Assembly: GCA_020053795.1 (NCBI GenBank)
Contig: JAGVMN010000007.1
Location: 31,248-95,247 of the forward strand
Reading direction: 5' to 3'
Source: Bacteroidia bacterium
GTDB lineage: Bacteria; Bacteroidota; Bacteroidia; NS11-12g; UBA9320
Length of the DNA stretch: 64,000 bases
Shown: in pieces, positions 30,178 to 40,265 of the stretch
How the letters are laid out: each line of letters begins with the position of its first letter
How positions within the stretch are numbered: position 1 is the stretch's first letter
Notes under the pieces: model-generated
What the model was told of the DNA's origin: nothing
Seen by the model: only the letters and a program-made list of their open reading frames with translations
The model's database searches: none
Made by a program: the position numbers and the translations under genes

Positions 30178-31452
30178 TCAAACTTTCCAAACAAGCAGAG
30201 ATTCAATAGCATCTAAGCCAAAAACCGGGATATGCAATTCATCAAATACCTCTTTTCGCTCGGCAAACGAATCGTCAATAAGAATGGCACTTTTACCATC
30301 TATTAATGAACTCTTTTTCTGATCCTTGCCAACTAATTTGATTTCATTGAAGAGCATTTCACTAATAGCAAATTTCGCAAGTGTTTTAGAAATTTCACTC
30401 TTATGTCTGGATAAAAGGACTATGCGTTTACCCATATTGCGTGCCTGATAAAGAAATTTAATAACCTCAGTATTGACCTCGTTATTCACTATGATGGTAT
30501 CGTCAAGGTCTATATATACATCTGAGAATTGCTCCTTAATCCAGAATCTGGCAAATAAGGCACGATCAATTTCAATATCCAGTTTGTTATCCAGAATTTC
30601 CACCTTAATTCCCATTCGGTCAAACAGACTTAATTGTATAAAATTTATTCCCGAAACCCTGAATAGACCCATTGTACCTGCTATTCGCGGAGCAATTTCC
30701 ATCAATACCAGTTCACCATTTGTCCGTTCTTTGACTTGAAAGAACCAAACACCCTGAAACGAAAGAGTCTGATTTATTATTTCGGCCAATTCCTGAAATT
30801 TAGAATTTACAGTAAGTTTAGAGTTAACACTAATGCCATTGTAAATCCTCTTTCTTTCTCTTCCTTCTGCAAACAAAAGAGTACCATTTCTATTAGTAAA
30901 GCAGTCAACGGTATATTCTTTCCCTGGCAGGTATTCCAGGGCAAGAAGGGTTGGGTCTTTCTTGAAATAGAAGTCAACTTCATCCTTTGTGGTTATTTTG
31001 TAGGTACCTTTTGAGCCTTTTCCTTTATCTGGTTTCATGAAAATAGGAAAATTCATTTTTTCAGGCAATTCATAAACTCTGGGAGTTGGTATGAGTGGTT
31101 TGAATAATTCATAAGTTTTTCTTTTTGACCGGCAAACTTGACAGGTTTCGGCACTTGACGTTATAACTGTAGCTTTGATCTTACTTTGATGTTCGGCCAT
31201 TTTCAGGACAACTGAATCATCAGCCGGTATTACAAAATCAATAAGATTTTCAAGAATAATTTTATTTAATTCATCAATGAAATTTGGTTCTTCAATATAT
31301 GGGATACCTCCTATGTAGTTTTTAAAAACAAATTTACCATGGTCGTCAACACTGCTTCCACCATATAGATTGAAATGGATAGAATGGGCCAATGCCCGAT
31401 TAATTTCTAAACCGATTTCAGAACCACAAGGAAAGATCAAGACATTTTTCAC
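30178..31452 (-). CDS. ATP-grasp domain protein fused to a C-terminal HAD-like hydrolase domain
   Basis: N-terminal about 300 aa has the ATP-grasp (carboxylate-amine ligase) pattern. The C-terminus has HAD motif I DLDDTI and a K...DD motif (KSAILIDD). Confidence 0.5.
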   Translation of the reverse strand: MKNVLIFPCGSEIGLEINRALAHSIHFNLYGGSSVDDHGKFVFKNYIGGIPYIEEPNFIDELNKIILENLIDFVIPADDSVVLKMAEHQSKIKATVITSSAETCQVCRSKRKTYELFKPLIPTPRVYELPEKMNFPIFMKPDKGKGSKGTYKITTKDEVDFYFKKDPTLLALEYLPGKEYTVDCFTNRNGTLLFAEGRERKRIYNGISVNSKLTVNSKFQELAEIINQTLSFQGVWFFQVKERTNGELVLMEIAPRIAGTMGLFRVSGINFIQLSLFDRMGIKVEILDNKLDIEIDRALFARFWIKEQFSDVYIDLDDTIIVNNEVNTEVIKFLYQARNMGKRIVLLSRHKSEISKTLAKFAISEMLFNEIKLVGKDQKKSSLIDGKSAILIDDSFAERKEVFDELHIPVFGLDAIESLLVWKV

Positions 31453-31475
31453 GCAGTTAAAAATTTTATTTTAGC

Positions 31476-32135
31476 TCAATAAACATCGATACTCAGCTTG
31501 CCTTCGCTTTTTTTTGCCGGGTTCCCAATATAAACACCCCATTCTTCTGTATTCTTTGTAATACTGGCTCCCATGGCCACCAAGGTTCCTTTAGCCAAAT
31601 GGGTAAAATCTCTTACCGTAGCGTTTACACCAAGAAAACAATAAGGCTCTACAATACAATGCCCTGATAAAACAACATGAGAGGTAAAGAACACATGATC
31701 CATAATTATTCCGTGATGACCAATATGATTACCGCTCCAGAGAACTACATTGTTGCCTATTGTTGTAAATGGTTGAATGGTGTTATCCTCCAAAATAAAG
31801 CAATTATCTCCTATCAATGCGTCGCTAAGTACCGTGGCCTTTGAACTAATATAAGAAATGAGTTCATAACCTTTTTGCTTGGCACTTAAATAGATTTTTT
31901 CTCTCAGGGTATTCATTTTTCTTCCTGTCATCGGGGCAAAGAACTTATAATCTTCTGGCGGAAATATAGTCTCAACATCTTCAAATGCTACGACCGGAAG
32001 TCCCTTAAAATCAGTTATAGTCATGTACTCCCTGTTAACCGTAAATGCCACCACTTCATGCTCGGTGTCATGTGTCAGATAGAAATGAGCCAATTCAGCC
32101 GTATCCAGAATACCAAAAATGATAATCTTAGCCAT
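31476..32135 (-). CDS. NeuD/PglD/WbpD-like hexapeptide-repeat sugar N-acetyltransferase
   Basis: N-terminal Rossmann-like IIFGILDTAELAHFYL. The C-terminal hexapeptide repeats form a left-handed beta-helix. Confidence 0.7.
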   Translation of the reverse strand: MAKIIIFGILDTAELAHFYLTHDTEHEVVAFTVNREYMTITDFKGLPVVAFEDVETIFPPEDYKFFAPMTGRKMNTLREKIYLSAKQKGYELISYISSKATVLSDALIGDNCFILEDNTIQPFTTIGNNVVLWSGNHIGHHGIIMDHVFFTSHVVLSGHCIVEPYCFLGVNATVRDFTHLAKGTLVAMGASITKNTEEWGVYIGNPAKKSEGKLSIDVY

Positions 32136-32834
32136 TTATATGAGATTGTATTTGCCCAAAAGTACTTTAGTATCTGCCGGGCTGTTAAACATCAGTACGT
32201 CTATCATCGAAAGCCCGGAGACAAAATCATTGTTGAATTGCTTGTACTCAATGGGCCCTGTTTTAAGAAAATAAAGTTCTATTTGTTTGGTTGCAAATTG
32301 CTCCTTTGTATATAACTGAATTCCTCCAATGGGGTTGACACACACATTTGCTTTCAAGGTTTGACATATTGTAGCCATTCGATCCCAATTTCTCAAATCT
32401 TTTATATAGCCAAAAGCAGAACTGAGATAGATCACCGGTTTAATTTGCAAATAGTCGAGAACCCTGATGATACTCATGGTTGTGAGGTCTAGCAAGCGGG
32501 TTCGGCGGCTGTCTATTATTTCATGAATTAATTCAATGGTTTTAAGGTAATAAGGGGCCTTTTTATACGAGGCTTCTAAAGTTTTATAGAATTTATTTTT
32601 CCAGCGATCGTCAATAGCATGTTGAAGATCAGAAATTTGATGATTTTGAGACGCATTGTGAACGGGTACTGTAAATAGATGCTTCTGCCCGTTCACTAAA
32701 ATATTATTTCTGTTAATCCAACCACGATTAATGTAACTGGCATCATCAAGTATAACAAAACAATCACAAGCCATAAATAATTGATAATAGCCAATATAGG
32801 GAAAGAAATAAGGCTGCATGATCGTGGCTTTCAT
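32136..32834 (-). CDS. WbqC-like family protein
   Basis: MKATIMQPYFFPYIGYYQL... is the hallmark WbqC N-terminus. Confidence 0.7.
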   Translation of the reverse strand: MKATIMQPYFFPYIGYYQLFMACDCFVILDDASYINRGWINRNNILVNGQKHLFTVPVHNASQNHQISDLQHAIDDRWKNKFYKTLEASYKKAPYYLKTIELIHEIIDSRRTRLLDLTTMSIIRVLDYLQIKPVIYLSSAFGYIKDLRNWDRMATICQTLKANVCVNPIGGIQLYTKEQFATKQIELYFLKTGPIEYKQFNNDFVSGLSMIDVLMFNSPADTKVLLGKYNLI

Positions 32835-32835
32835 T

Positions 32836-33915
32836 CTAGTAATTTTGGGCTCTCAATAGAGTGCGGGCTATCATGTCTGTTTCCTCTATACTCAAATCAT
32901 GGAATATTGGTAGGCAAAGTATTCTTGAGGCTATTGAATCTGAAATTGGTGTACTTGATTTCCTCACATAATCCAGCAAAGACAATGAGGGATAGAAATA
33001 TCGTCTTGGAAAAATCTCTATCTTCTCCAGTTCTTTGATTGCCTTAATCACTGCACTTTCATTCTCGAACACAAATGGATAATAAGCAAAGTTATATTCT
33101 GAATCTTTTTGGACAATAATAGTATTACCCCTGAGGTTTTTTAATGCCTGGTCGTAATAATTGTGTTGTTCTTTTCGCCGACGAAGTATGGCATCAATTT
33201 GCTTTAAAACGCACAAACCCATAGCAGCATGAAATTCGGAATTTTTTGCATTGATTCCAACCCCATCAAATTTAGCAACACCATCATGACCAAAGTTTCG
33301 CATTAACCACATTCTTTTCAAAACATCGGGGTTCCGTGTAAAAACCGCCCCTCCTTCTATTGTATGAAAAAGCTTGGTGGCATGAAAACTTGAGGTGCTG
33401 ATATCGCCATAGTTGAAAATACTTTTTCCTTTGTACCTGGTACCGAAACAATGAGCAGCATCATAAATTACTTTAAGATGATGTTTTTTGGCTATGGAAT
33501 CTATTGCTTCTATATCACAGGAATTGCCAAAACAATGAGTGGCCAGAATTGCTGAAGTAGATGAAGTGATGGCCGATTCAATCTTTTTTGGATCAATATT
33601 GAATGTATTGGGGTCAATGTCAGTAAAAACAGGTGTGCAGCCTTCCCATACAATGGAACTGGTTGTGGCCACATAACTGAAAGGGGTTGTAATGATTTCG
33701 CCCTTAAGCCCTAATGCTTTTATGGCAATCTGAATGGCCAATGTGCCGTTACTTAAGAAAAGCAAATGAGGCACATCTAAATACTCTTTCAGTTTCAATT
33801 CCAACTCATTGACCAGGGGGCCATTATTCGTGAGCCAATTGCGTTGCCAGATTCCCTGCAGATAATACTGATATTGTTCGAATGGAGGTAAAAAGGGTTT
33901 AGTTACGGGTATCAT
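32836..33915 (-). CDS. DegT family aminotransferase (WbpE/PglE-like)
   Basis: YDAAHCFGT and SFHATKLFHTIEGGAV motifs. Confidence 0.75.
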   Translation of the reverse strand: MIPVTKPFLPPFEQYQYYLQGIWQRNWLTNNGPLVNELELKLKEYLDVPHLLFLSNGTLAIQIAIKALGLKGEIITTPFSYVATTSSIVWEGCTPVFTDIDPNTFNIDPKKIESAITSSTSAILATHCFGNSCDIEAIDSIAKKHHLKVIYDAAHCFGTRYKGKSIFNYGDISTSSFHATKLFHTIEGGAVFTRNPDVLKRMWLMRNFGHDGVAKFDGVGINAKNSEFHAAMGLCVLKQIDAILRRRKEQHNYYDQALKNLRGNTIIVQKDSEYNFAYYPFVFENESAVIKAIKELEKIEIFPRRYFYPSLSLLDYVRKSSTPISDSIASRILCLPIFHDLSIEETDMIARTLLRAQNY

Positions 33916-35188
33916 TTTGTGTTTGATTAATTTCCCATGAGACGTTGCTGAGTTTTAATACTCCTTCCTTGTTGCCCATCCAACCCAAAAGTCCATTTGG
34001 GGCCGGCAAAAGATCGAAAGAAATACTGTCTTTAACATCAATAAGTGCATGGCCTTTATTTAAAACAAGAAGTAAACGACTGACCGAGTATGTTCCTTCA
34101 TTGAGTACATTTCGAGGGAAAACAGAATGCATTTCAACAAACCCGCCACCAAGTTTTTCATGCTCTATAAAAGCCGAACTGCCTACATAAACCAAAGTTC
34201 CCATCTCATCAACGAGATGATAGGTGAGGTCTATTTGCTGACCGGGCTTTTTTATCCAGGCTGTTAGTTTGAAATGGATTTCGTCTGAAGTGTAAAACAC
34301 CTTAGAATTATCCTGCTTTCCGTTAGTAACAGTGGCCTCTAAAAATTTGTAGTCTTCATTGCCAGGAGCCTTTTCAAACTCCCAACTGATTCTGTTGTTG
34401 GATGAGAGATAGTTTTTCAGGTATTCGTGAACCATGTCATGTGTTTGGCCTTGTGCAACCAAATGGCCATGCTTTAAAATAATGGCTGATGTGCACAGGT
34501 TTTGGAGAGCCTCCATATTGTGACTGACAAAGAGAACGGTTCGGCCATGACCTGAAACATCCTGCATTTTACCCAGACATTTCTTCTGAAATTCCGCATC
34601 ACCTACTGCCAACACTTCGTCTATTACCAATATTTCAGGTTCCAGATGAGCCGCTACACTAAAGCCCAATCTTACATTCATTCCAGACGAATAGAATTTC
34701 ACCGGTGTGTCAATATGTTGTTCAACCCCGCTGAAGTCTATTATTTCATCAAGTTTTGAATCTATCTCGCGACGTGTCATCCCCAGAATGGTTCCGTTCA
34801 TATAAATGTTCTCCCTCCCGGTCAGTTCTTTATGAAAACCGGTACCTACTTCAAGCAATGCCGCAATTCTACCCTGAATGGTAATTTTACCCGAACTGGG
34901 TTCAGTAATTCTTGAAAGAATCTTAAGCAATGTGCTTTTGCCGGCTCCGTTGTGACCAATAATTCCAAGGACATCGCCTTGCTCAACTTCAAAATTTATA
35001 TCATTCAAAGCCCAGAATACCGAATCCTTTTCACTTTCAAGATTGGTAAGTGACATCAGGGTTTTAAAGTTTCTGACAGGGGCTCCCATTATGTAACCAA
35101 TTTGTCCAAACAGGGTGTCTTTTTTTACTTCACGTTTACCCAGACGGTAGCGTTTCGACAAATTTTCAACTTTGATTACAGACGTCAT
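33899..35188 (-). CDS. wzt: polysaccharide ABC transporter ATP-binding protein Wzt with C-terminal glycan-binding extension
   Basis: Walker A GHNGAGKST, signature YSSGMNVRLGFS, Walker B ILVIDEVLAVGD. An extra domain of about 190 aa follows the NBD. Confidence 0.8.
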   Translation of the reverse strand: MTSVIKVENLSKRYRLGKREVKKDTLFGQIGYIMGAPVRNFKTLMSLTNLESEKDSVFWALNDINFEVEQGDVLGIIGHNGAGKSTLLKILSRITEPSSGKITIQGRIAALLEVGTGFHKELTGRENIYMNGTILGMTRREIDSKLDEIIDFSGVEQHIDTPVKFYSSGMNVRLGFSVAAHLEPEILVIDEVLAVGDAEFQKKCLGKMQDVSGHGRTVLFVSHNMEALQNLCTSAIILKHGHLVAQGQTHDMVHEYLKNYLSSNNRISWEFEKAPGNEDYKFLEATVTNGKQDNSKVFYTSDEIHFKLTAWIKKPGQQIDLTYHLVDEMGTLVYVGSSAFIEHEKLGGGFVEMHSVFPRNVLNEGTYSVSRLLLVLNKGHALIDVKDSISFDLLPAPNGLLGWMGNKEGVLKLSNVSWEINQTQNDTRN

Positions 35189-35224
35189 AAATTAACTGAT
35201 TCTATTGAAGAGGTGTTTATCGTA

Positions 35225-36070
35225 TTAGGCCACATCGGCAAATATTTTTTCCATTCGCTTAAAATAGAAAGCCCCGAAAACGAAGATAATAACCGAAATG
35301 ACTCCACCGGTTAGTATCCAATCCCAGGGCATCGGTTGCGTTGAAAGAAACATGGAACGGAATCCTTCAATAACACCTACCATGGGATTAAGACTATACC
35401 AAAACTGATACTTTACTGGGATGGATGAGGATGCATACACGACCGGTGCAGCATACAAAAGGATTTGAACCAAAAAACCAATGGCATGTTTTACATCGCG
35501 ATATTGCACTGCCATAGCCGAAAGTATCATTCCCAAGCCAAGCGAAAACATGATCATTATTATCATCAAAATTGGCAGGAAGACTACCTCCCACGAGGGT
35601 GTTAGGCCAAAGTAAAATAAAAGAGCAATGAGCAGTAAAAACGCGATGGCAAAGTCCAACAGCTTTGCAAATGCTGCTGAGATAGGTAAAATCAATCTTG
35701 GGAAATAAACTTTGGTGATCATGTTTGAATTTGAAACCAGACTATTGGCGGCTTCAGTCAGGGTATTCGAAAAATAACTCCAGGGCAACATGGCCGCAAA
35801 ACTGAAAATAAGGTAGGGTGCACCATCTGAACTTATCTGAGCAACGTTCCCAAAAACAATTGTAAAGATGAGGGTTGTGAAAAGTGGTTGAATAATCGCC
35901 CAACTAATACCCAATATGGATTGGGCATACCGGGCCTTTATTCCTCTGACGACCATGTAGTACAACAAATCCTGGTATCGGATCAACTCACGCCAGTCTA
36001 TTAATTGCCATCCTTTTGAGGGCTCGATTACCTGAATTTTTGTGGCTGGTGTGTTCATGCTGATTTCCAA
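35225..36070 (-). CDS. wzm: ABC-2 type polysaccharide export permease Wzm
   Basis: 281 aa, 6 TM helices, next to wzt with ABC-2 topology. Confidence 0.8.
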   Translation of the reverse strand: MEISMNTPATKIQVIEPSKGWQLIDWRELIRYQDLLYYMVVRGIKARYAQSILGISWAIIQPLFTTLIFTIVFGNVAQISSDGAPYLIFSFAAMLPWSYFSNTLTEAANSLVSNSNMITKVYFPRLILPISAAFAKLLDFAIAFLLLIALLFYFGLTPSWEVVFLPILMIIMIMFSLGLGMILSAMAVQYRDVKHAIGFLVQILLYAAPVVYASSSIPVKYQFWYSLNPMVGVIEGFRSMFLSTQPMPWDWILTGGVISVIIFVFGAFYFKRMEKIFADVA

Positions 36071-36582
36071 AGGAGTAGTAAGGGTTGTGGTTCCTGATTT
36101 ATTTTGTTGAGGTCTTCCATGGCATAGGTCACGTATCGAATTTTTCTGCTGATTAACTTTTCAGCTTTTTCGACAAGCTGGCTGAGGTATTGGCGGTCTA
36201 TATTCCCGACAAGAATGATGTCTATAATATTGCTGTCGGAACCTTTGGCAAAGCTGCCACTCAGATAAACCAACTCAAGATTGCCCAGATTTTCGATTAC
36301 ATTCTCAACAACCTTATCAATGCCTACATGTTTCAGCAGTATATTATTGATGTCTTTGAACAACGGGTGTTTAGTATTGGCTTTGAAAAGTTTTTTGTTT
36401 CCCTCTAACTCCGTCGTCAGCAGACCCGCATCTTCAAAGCGATTTAGCTCAACCCGAATGGCATTGCTCGATTCCCCAAATTCCTCTTCAAGCCCGCGTA
36501 AATAAGAGGTGGTCTTACTGTTTAAGAAGAATTTAAGCAGCAGTTTTACTCTTGTTTTTGATGTGATGAGTGTGTCGAGCAA
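36055..36582 (-). CDS. winged-HTH / nucleotidyltransferase-domain fusion protein
   Basis: N-terminal wHTH (TSKTRVKLLLKFF...YLRGLEEEFGESSNAIRVELNRFEDAGLL). C-terminal minimal NTase motif GSFAKGSDSNIIDIILVG. It overlaps the wzm start by 16 nt. Confidence 0.5.
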   Translation of the reverse strand: MLDTLITSKTRVKLLLKFFLNSKTTSYLRGLEEEFGESSNAIRVELNRFEDAGLLTTELEGNKKLFKANTKHPLFKDINNILLKHVGIDKVVENVIENLGNLELVYLSGSFAKGSDSNIIDIILVGNIDRQYLSQLVEKAEKLISRKIRYVTYAMEDLNKINQEPQPLLLLWKSA

Positions 36583-36721
36583 TGGGTTGTTGGTGAATGA
36601 GGCTACGAGGAGTGCAACTTTTGGGGCGATAAACTATCAATCGTAAACAAATATGGTTGAAAGAATGCACTTCCCAAGTTTCGGTTTGGCTATTGATTTT
36701 GGGTGCTGTTAGCGTTAGTTT

Positions 36722-37063
36722 TTATTCTTTCCCGAGGACTTCAGAAATTTGCTCGAACAGTTCAGGAATTTTATTTTTAACAACGTCCCAAACTATTAAG
36801 TAGTTTACTCCCATGTAGTCGTGAATTAATCTGTCTCTCATTCCTGCAATATTTTTCCATGTAATTGAACTCCATTTAACTTTGAAATCTGCAGGAATCT
36901 TTTTTGATGCTTCTCCAATAATCTCAAGGCTTCTTACAACAGCTCTCTTTAAGGTCTCATCTTGCAAAAACTTCTCTTTTGAAACTTTAGAGTCAATAAC
37001 CGACAAAACAAAAGAGCATTCATCCCGAATGTGTTTGACATATTCGAGTGGGTCCTTAGGCAT
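36722..37063 (-). CDS. hepT: HepT (HEPN-domain) toxin of a HepT/MntA type VII TA pair
   Basis: Rx4HxY motif RDRLIHDY. Size is 113 aa and it overlaps the NTase partner by 8 nt. Confidence 0.75.
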   Translation of the reverse strand: MPKDPLEYVKHIRDECSFVLSVIDSKVSKEKFLQDETLKRAVVRSLEIIGEASKKIPADFKVKWSSITWKNIAGMRDRLIHDYMGVNYLIVWDVVKNKIPELFEQISEVLGKE

Positions 37064-37370
37064 AAATTACTTCGTTCAAAATTTTTGGCCCGATATAAGG
37101 GCTTAAACCATTCCTCGTAACAACCTCAACTCTTTCATGTTTGAACAAGTTCTCAAAAAGGTCGCATACGGCCATATAATTGTCGAAACTCTCTTTCCCA
37201 GGGTGGAAGTCAATTAATAAATCAATATCACTCTTGACCGACTGTTCGTTTCTCAGATAGGAGCCAAATAATCCAACATTAGAAATCCCAAGCCGTGACA
37301 GTTCAGATTTGTGAATTTTAATTTGTTCCAAAATATTCTCCTTCGTTGTCATGCTCAAACTGCGAATCAA
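37056..37370 (-). CDS. mntA: MntA nucleotidyltransferase antitoxin
   Basis: GSYLRNEQSVKSDIDLLIDF matches the GSx9-13DxD motif of minimal NTases. Size is 104 aa. Confidence 0.75.
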   Translation of the reverse strand: MIRSLSMTTKENILEQIKIHKSELSRLGISNVGLFGSYLRNEQSVKSDIDLLIDFHPGKESFDNYMAVCDLFENLFKHERVEVVTRNGLSPYIGPKILNEVIYA

Positions 37371-37508
37371 AATTACAAAATTTGCTTAAAAGATGTTGTG
37401 GTCAAGGGTTCGGGGGTTTGCTATGGCAGGGAGTTTTAACACTAAACTTCATTCGGAGAACTGAACTTCCACCTTGAACTAATGTGTCTGCGAAACACGG
37501 AACCCCAG

Positions 37509-38135
37509 CTATTGCAAACCCCTTGTTAGCAGCAGTAATTCATTCAATAATTGTGAATTACCGAAATCTGTTTCTGTTATTTCATTTGTCTGAATGTCTA
37601 ATGTTTTCCATAGCCCAATTTTTTTTCCATTGAAGTAAACTCCCTTTTCAAAAGTTAATCGATCACATTGAAGATATGTCGCAATCCCTATATGTTGATC
37701 TTTATATTTAAGTCCTCGGTAAGTATGTAAAGCCCCCTTTTTAACTAACTCAATATTTTTTATTGGACAAGTTTCTCCATTAGCCATGTACTCAGTGGAT
37801 GGAGATTGATAGTAAAAGGCAACAGTATCTGATCTGTCTTTAGTAATTCCAATAGCTTTGACTCTTTCACCCTTAAAGTAGAAAAATTGATCAATGTATA
37901 TTTCTGTTGAATCTGTTGATATTGAATCATAGTCCAAAGCGTTAACCTCATTTATAGTTTTTATTCTTTGGTTTTTTGTCCAAACCTCTATCTCAGTATT
38001 GATTTCCAAATTATTGATTCCAATTGGATTTAAATCTTCTTCAGCTGGTGTGATAATCGCTTTGGTTTCATTATAACTTTGACAAGAAGCAAGAAATACT
38101 AGGATGCTAATCGTGATTGAAAGTTTCATTCTCAT
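37509..38135 (-). CDS. hypothetical lipoprotein
   Basis: Signal peptide ending LASC (lipobox). No recognisable catalytic motif. Confidence 0.5.
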   Translation of the reverse strand: MRMKLSITISILVFLASCQSYNETKAIITPAEEDLNPIGINNLEINTEIEVWTKNQRIKTINEVNALDYDSISTDSTEIYIDQFFYFKGERVKAIGITKDRSDTVAFYYQSPSTEYMANGETCPIKNIELVKKGALHTYRGLKYKDQHIGIATYLQCDRLTFEKGVYFNGKKIGLWKTLDIQTNEITETDFGNSQLLNELLLLTRGLQ

Positions 38136-38221
38136 TTTTGCTAACTTGTTTATTTCAGTAACTACAGCCTCAAAAACTTCTCCAATCCCACAATATCAAA
38201 AGGAATTGGAGAAAGTGTGCT

Positions 38222-39571
38222 TCAGACCACAAGTCTTTTTTTCTTAAACCTATCCGAAAAATCTATTTGTTCTTTGATCTGAATTTTCGCCGGAATTTTA
38301 TAGCGGTCAAGACGTTCGGAACAATGTTTTTTGATAACCGATTTTATGGTTAAAGGGTCAATACCCTTTTCCAACGAAACGTTAACAGCCACAATTTGTC
38401 CGGTTATTGAATTTGGCAGCCCGAAAGCTATACAGTCTGTTACTCCATCTATTTCCATCACCACTGATTCAACCTCGGCAGGTAATACTTTTTCTCCGCC
38501 AACGTTGATGAGTTCTTTGGCCCGACCGGTGATTTTTAAAAATCCGTCTTCAGATTCTTCTACCAAATCGCCGGTTTTAAACCAGCCATCCTCAGTAAAA
38601 CTGTCCATATTATGGTTGAGGTAACCCATGATCTGTGTTTTACTTCTCAGCCATAGTTCGCCGTTCACAATTTGAAATTCCTGGTCGGGATCGTCAAATT
38701 TCAAAGAGGTGCTCTCTGACGATTTTGACTGGGTTTTGATGATTCCCGTTTCACTTGTTCCAAAAGTTTGCAAAAACTTTACCCTCAGAAAGGTGTCTTT
38801 CAGCTTTAATAAAAGACTGGCCGGCATCGGTTCTGTGCCATATGTTATCATTCTCAGACTGCTCAGATCATAAGTTTCCTGGCATTTGGCCATCAAAAGA
38901 AGATTCAGGAAAGTAGGGGAGGCCGGCAATACATTCACCTTGTATTTTTCAATCAACTGAGAAACCTTTTCAGGATTTCTGCTGGACGGCAATACTATTG
39001 TGGCACCCATTGCCAGACAATTTAGCAGCGTATTCAGCCCGCCAATATGATCAAACATCAGGAAAACAACGAATACAAGTGATTTGCTTTTCAGGTCCAG
39101 ATATGATTCTACCAAATTGTCGAGATCGTGAACCATGGCTTTTGGTTTTCCCGTGCTTCCACTGCTGAATAGAATCAACCCTGATCGGTTTCTTTGTCTT
39201 ATGGCATGTATAATCGCATGAACCTGATCGGGGAGAAACGTTTCCTTTTTATCGTTTCTCATATCATAGCATAGCGTTGCACCTGAAGCTTCTATTCTTT
39301 CTTTAATCTCCGCCTCATTTGTTGTCGTAATAGGGACACAGATTAATCCCCTTTTAAACATGGAAAGAAAAAAGGCGATGCTCTGAAAACTGTAATCACC
39401 TTTGAGAAAAGTGATGGTTCCGGGTGCAACCTGATCTTGTACCAATACTGAATCAAAATGTTGAATCTGTTCAAGAAGGTCTTTGTAGGTATATGAATTG
39501 TGATTTTCAATCAGAGAAATCTGATTGTCGTGATTTTTGAGGAGTTCTAATAGCCGTAGTGCTTCCCTCAT
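38222..39571 (-). CDS. AMP-dependent synthetase/ligase (acyl-AMP / acyl-carrier ligase)
   Basis: FSSGSTGKPK core motif, TYGTEP, GDL and GRAKELINVGGEKV motifs. Confidence 0.75.
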   Translation of the reverse strand: MREALRLLELLKNHDNQISLIENHNSYTYKDLLEQIQHFDSVLVQDQVAPGTITFLKGDYSFQSIAFFLSMFKRGLICVPITTTNEAEIKERIEASGATLCYDMRNDKKETFLPDQVHAIIHAIRQRNRSGLILFSSGSTGKPKAMVHDLDNLVESYLDLKSKSLVFVVFLMFDHIGGLNTLLNCLAMGATIVLPSSRNPEKVSQLIEKYKVNVLPASPTFLNLLLMAKCQETYDLSSLRMITYGTEPMPASLLLKLKDTFLRVKFLQTFGTSETGIIKTQSKSSESTSLKFDDPDQEFQIVNGELWLRSKTQIMGYLNHNMDSFTEDGWFKTGDLVEESEDGFLKITGRAKELINVGGEKVLPAEVESVVMEIDGVTDCIAFGLPNSITGQIVAVNVSLEKGIDPLTIKSVIKKHCSERLDRYKIPAKIQIKEQIDFSDRFKKKRLVV

Positions 39572-39572
39572 G

Positions 39573-40265
39573 CTAAAATACCCCGCCCAAATAAATCACC
39601 TGGCCGGTTATAAAACCGGATTCGGGTCTGATAAAAAACTCTATAGTGTTCAGTATATCGTCAAAGGTTCCTGGTCTTTTTATCGCCTGGCGATCAATCA
39701 ATTCGTTTATTTTGCCCTTGGGAATGGCTTTAATCAAATCGGTATCCGTTGGTGTGGGGCCAATGGCATTTACGGTAATTCCCAGTTTGCCTACCTCAGT
39801 TGCCATCACTCTTGTCAGAGATTCTACCGCCGATTTACTTGCTGCATAAACAGCTTCTCCTTCAAGGTTCAAGGGCACCGCGACAGTAGAAAAATTGATA
39901 ATTCGCCCCTGCTTTTTTTGCATCATTAGTTTGGCAGCTTCTCTGGAACACAAAAAGGTTCCTTTGAAATTGGTGTCGAACAATTTTGATACGGTACTTC
40001 CCGGAGTGAGTAACAAGTGATTCATTGACGCCATCCCTGCATTGTTGATCAGTACATCGAGTTCTTCTGTGTTTTTTCGAATTTTAGTAAACATGGCTTT
40101 AACCTGCATTTCATCGGCCACATCAGCTGTGAAATGGGTGTAGTTGTGATGAACAAGATCACTTTCAGAACGGCTACAGCCAAATACGACATGACCCTGA
40201 GACAAAAAATGTTCTGCCAGAAATCTGCCAATACCCTTTCTCGATCCGGTAATCAGAATGTTCAT
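39573..40265 (-). CDS. short-chain dehydrogenase/reductase (SDR)
   Basis: TGSRKGIGR Rossmann motif, NNAG motif and YAASKSAVESL catalytic YxxxK. Confidence 0.75.
   Translation of the reverse strand: MNILITGSRKGIGRFLAEHFLSQGHVVFGCSRSESDLVHHNYTHFTADVADEMQVKAMFTKIRKNTEELDVLINNAGMASMNHLLLTPGSTVSKLFDTNFKGTFLCSREAAKLMMQKKQGRIINFSTVAVPLNLEGEAVYAASKSAVESLTRVMATEVGKLGITVNAIGPTPTDTDLIKAIPKGKINELIDRQAIKRPGTFDDILNTIEFFIRPESGFITGQVIYLGGVF

Noticed and set aside
37371-37508. GGTTCGGGGG-containing intergenic stretch considered as a possible tRNA or small RNA
   Set aside because: No acceptor or anticodon stem pairing or complete T-arm could be assembled by eye. It is probably just the promoter region of the mntA-hepT pair.
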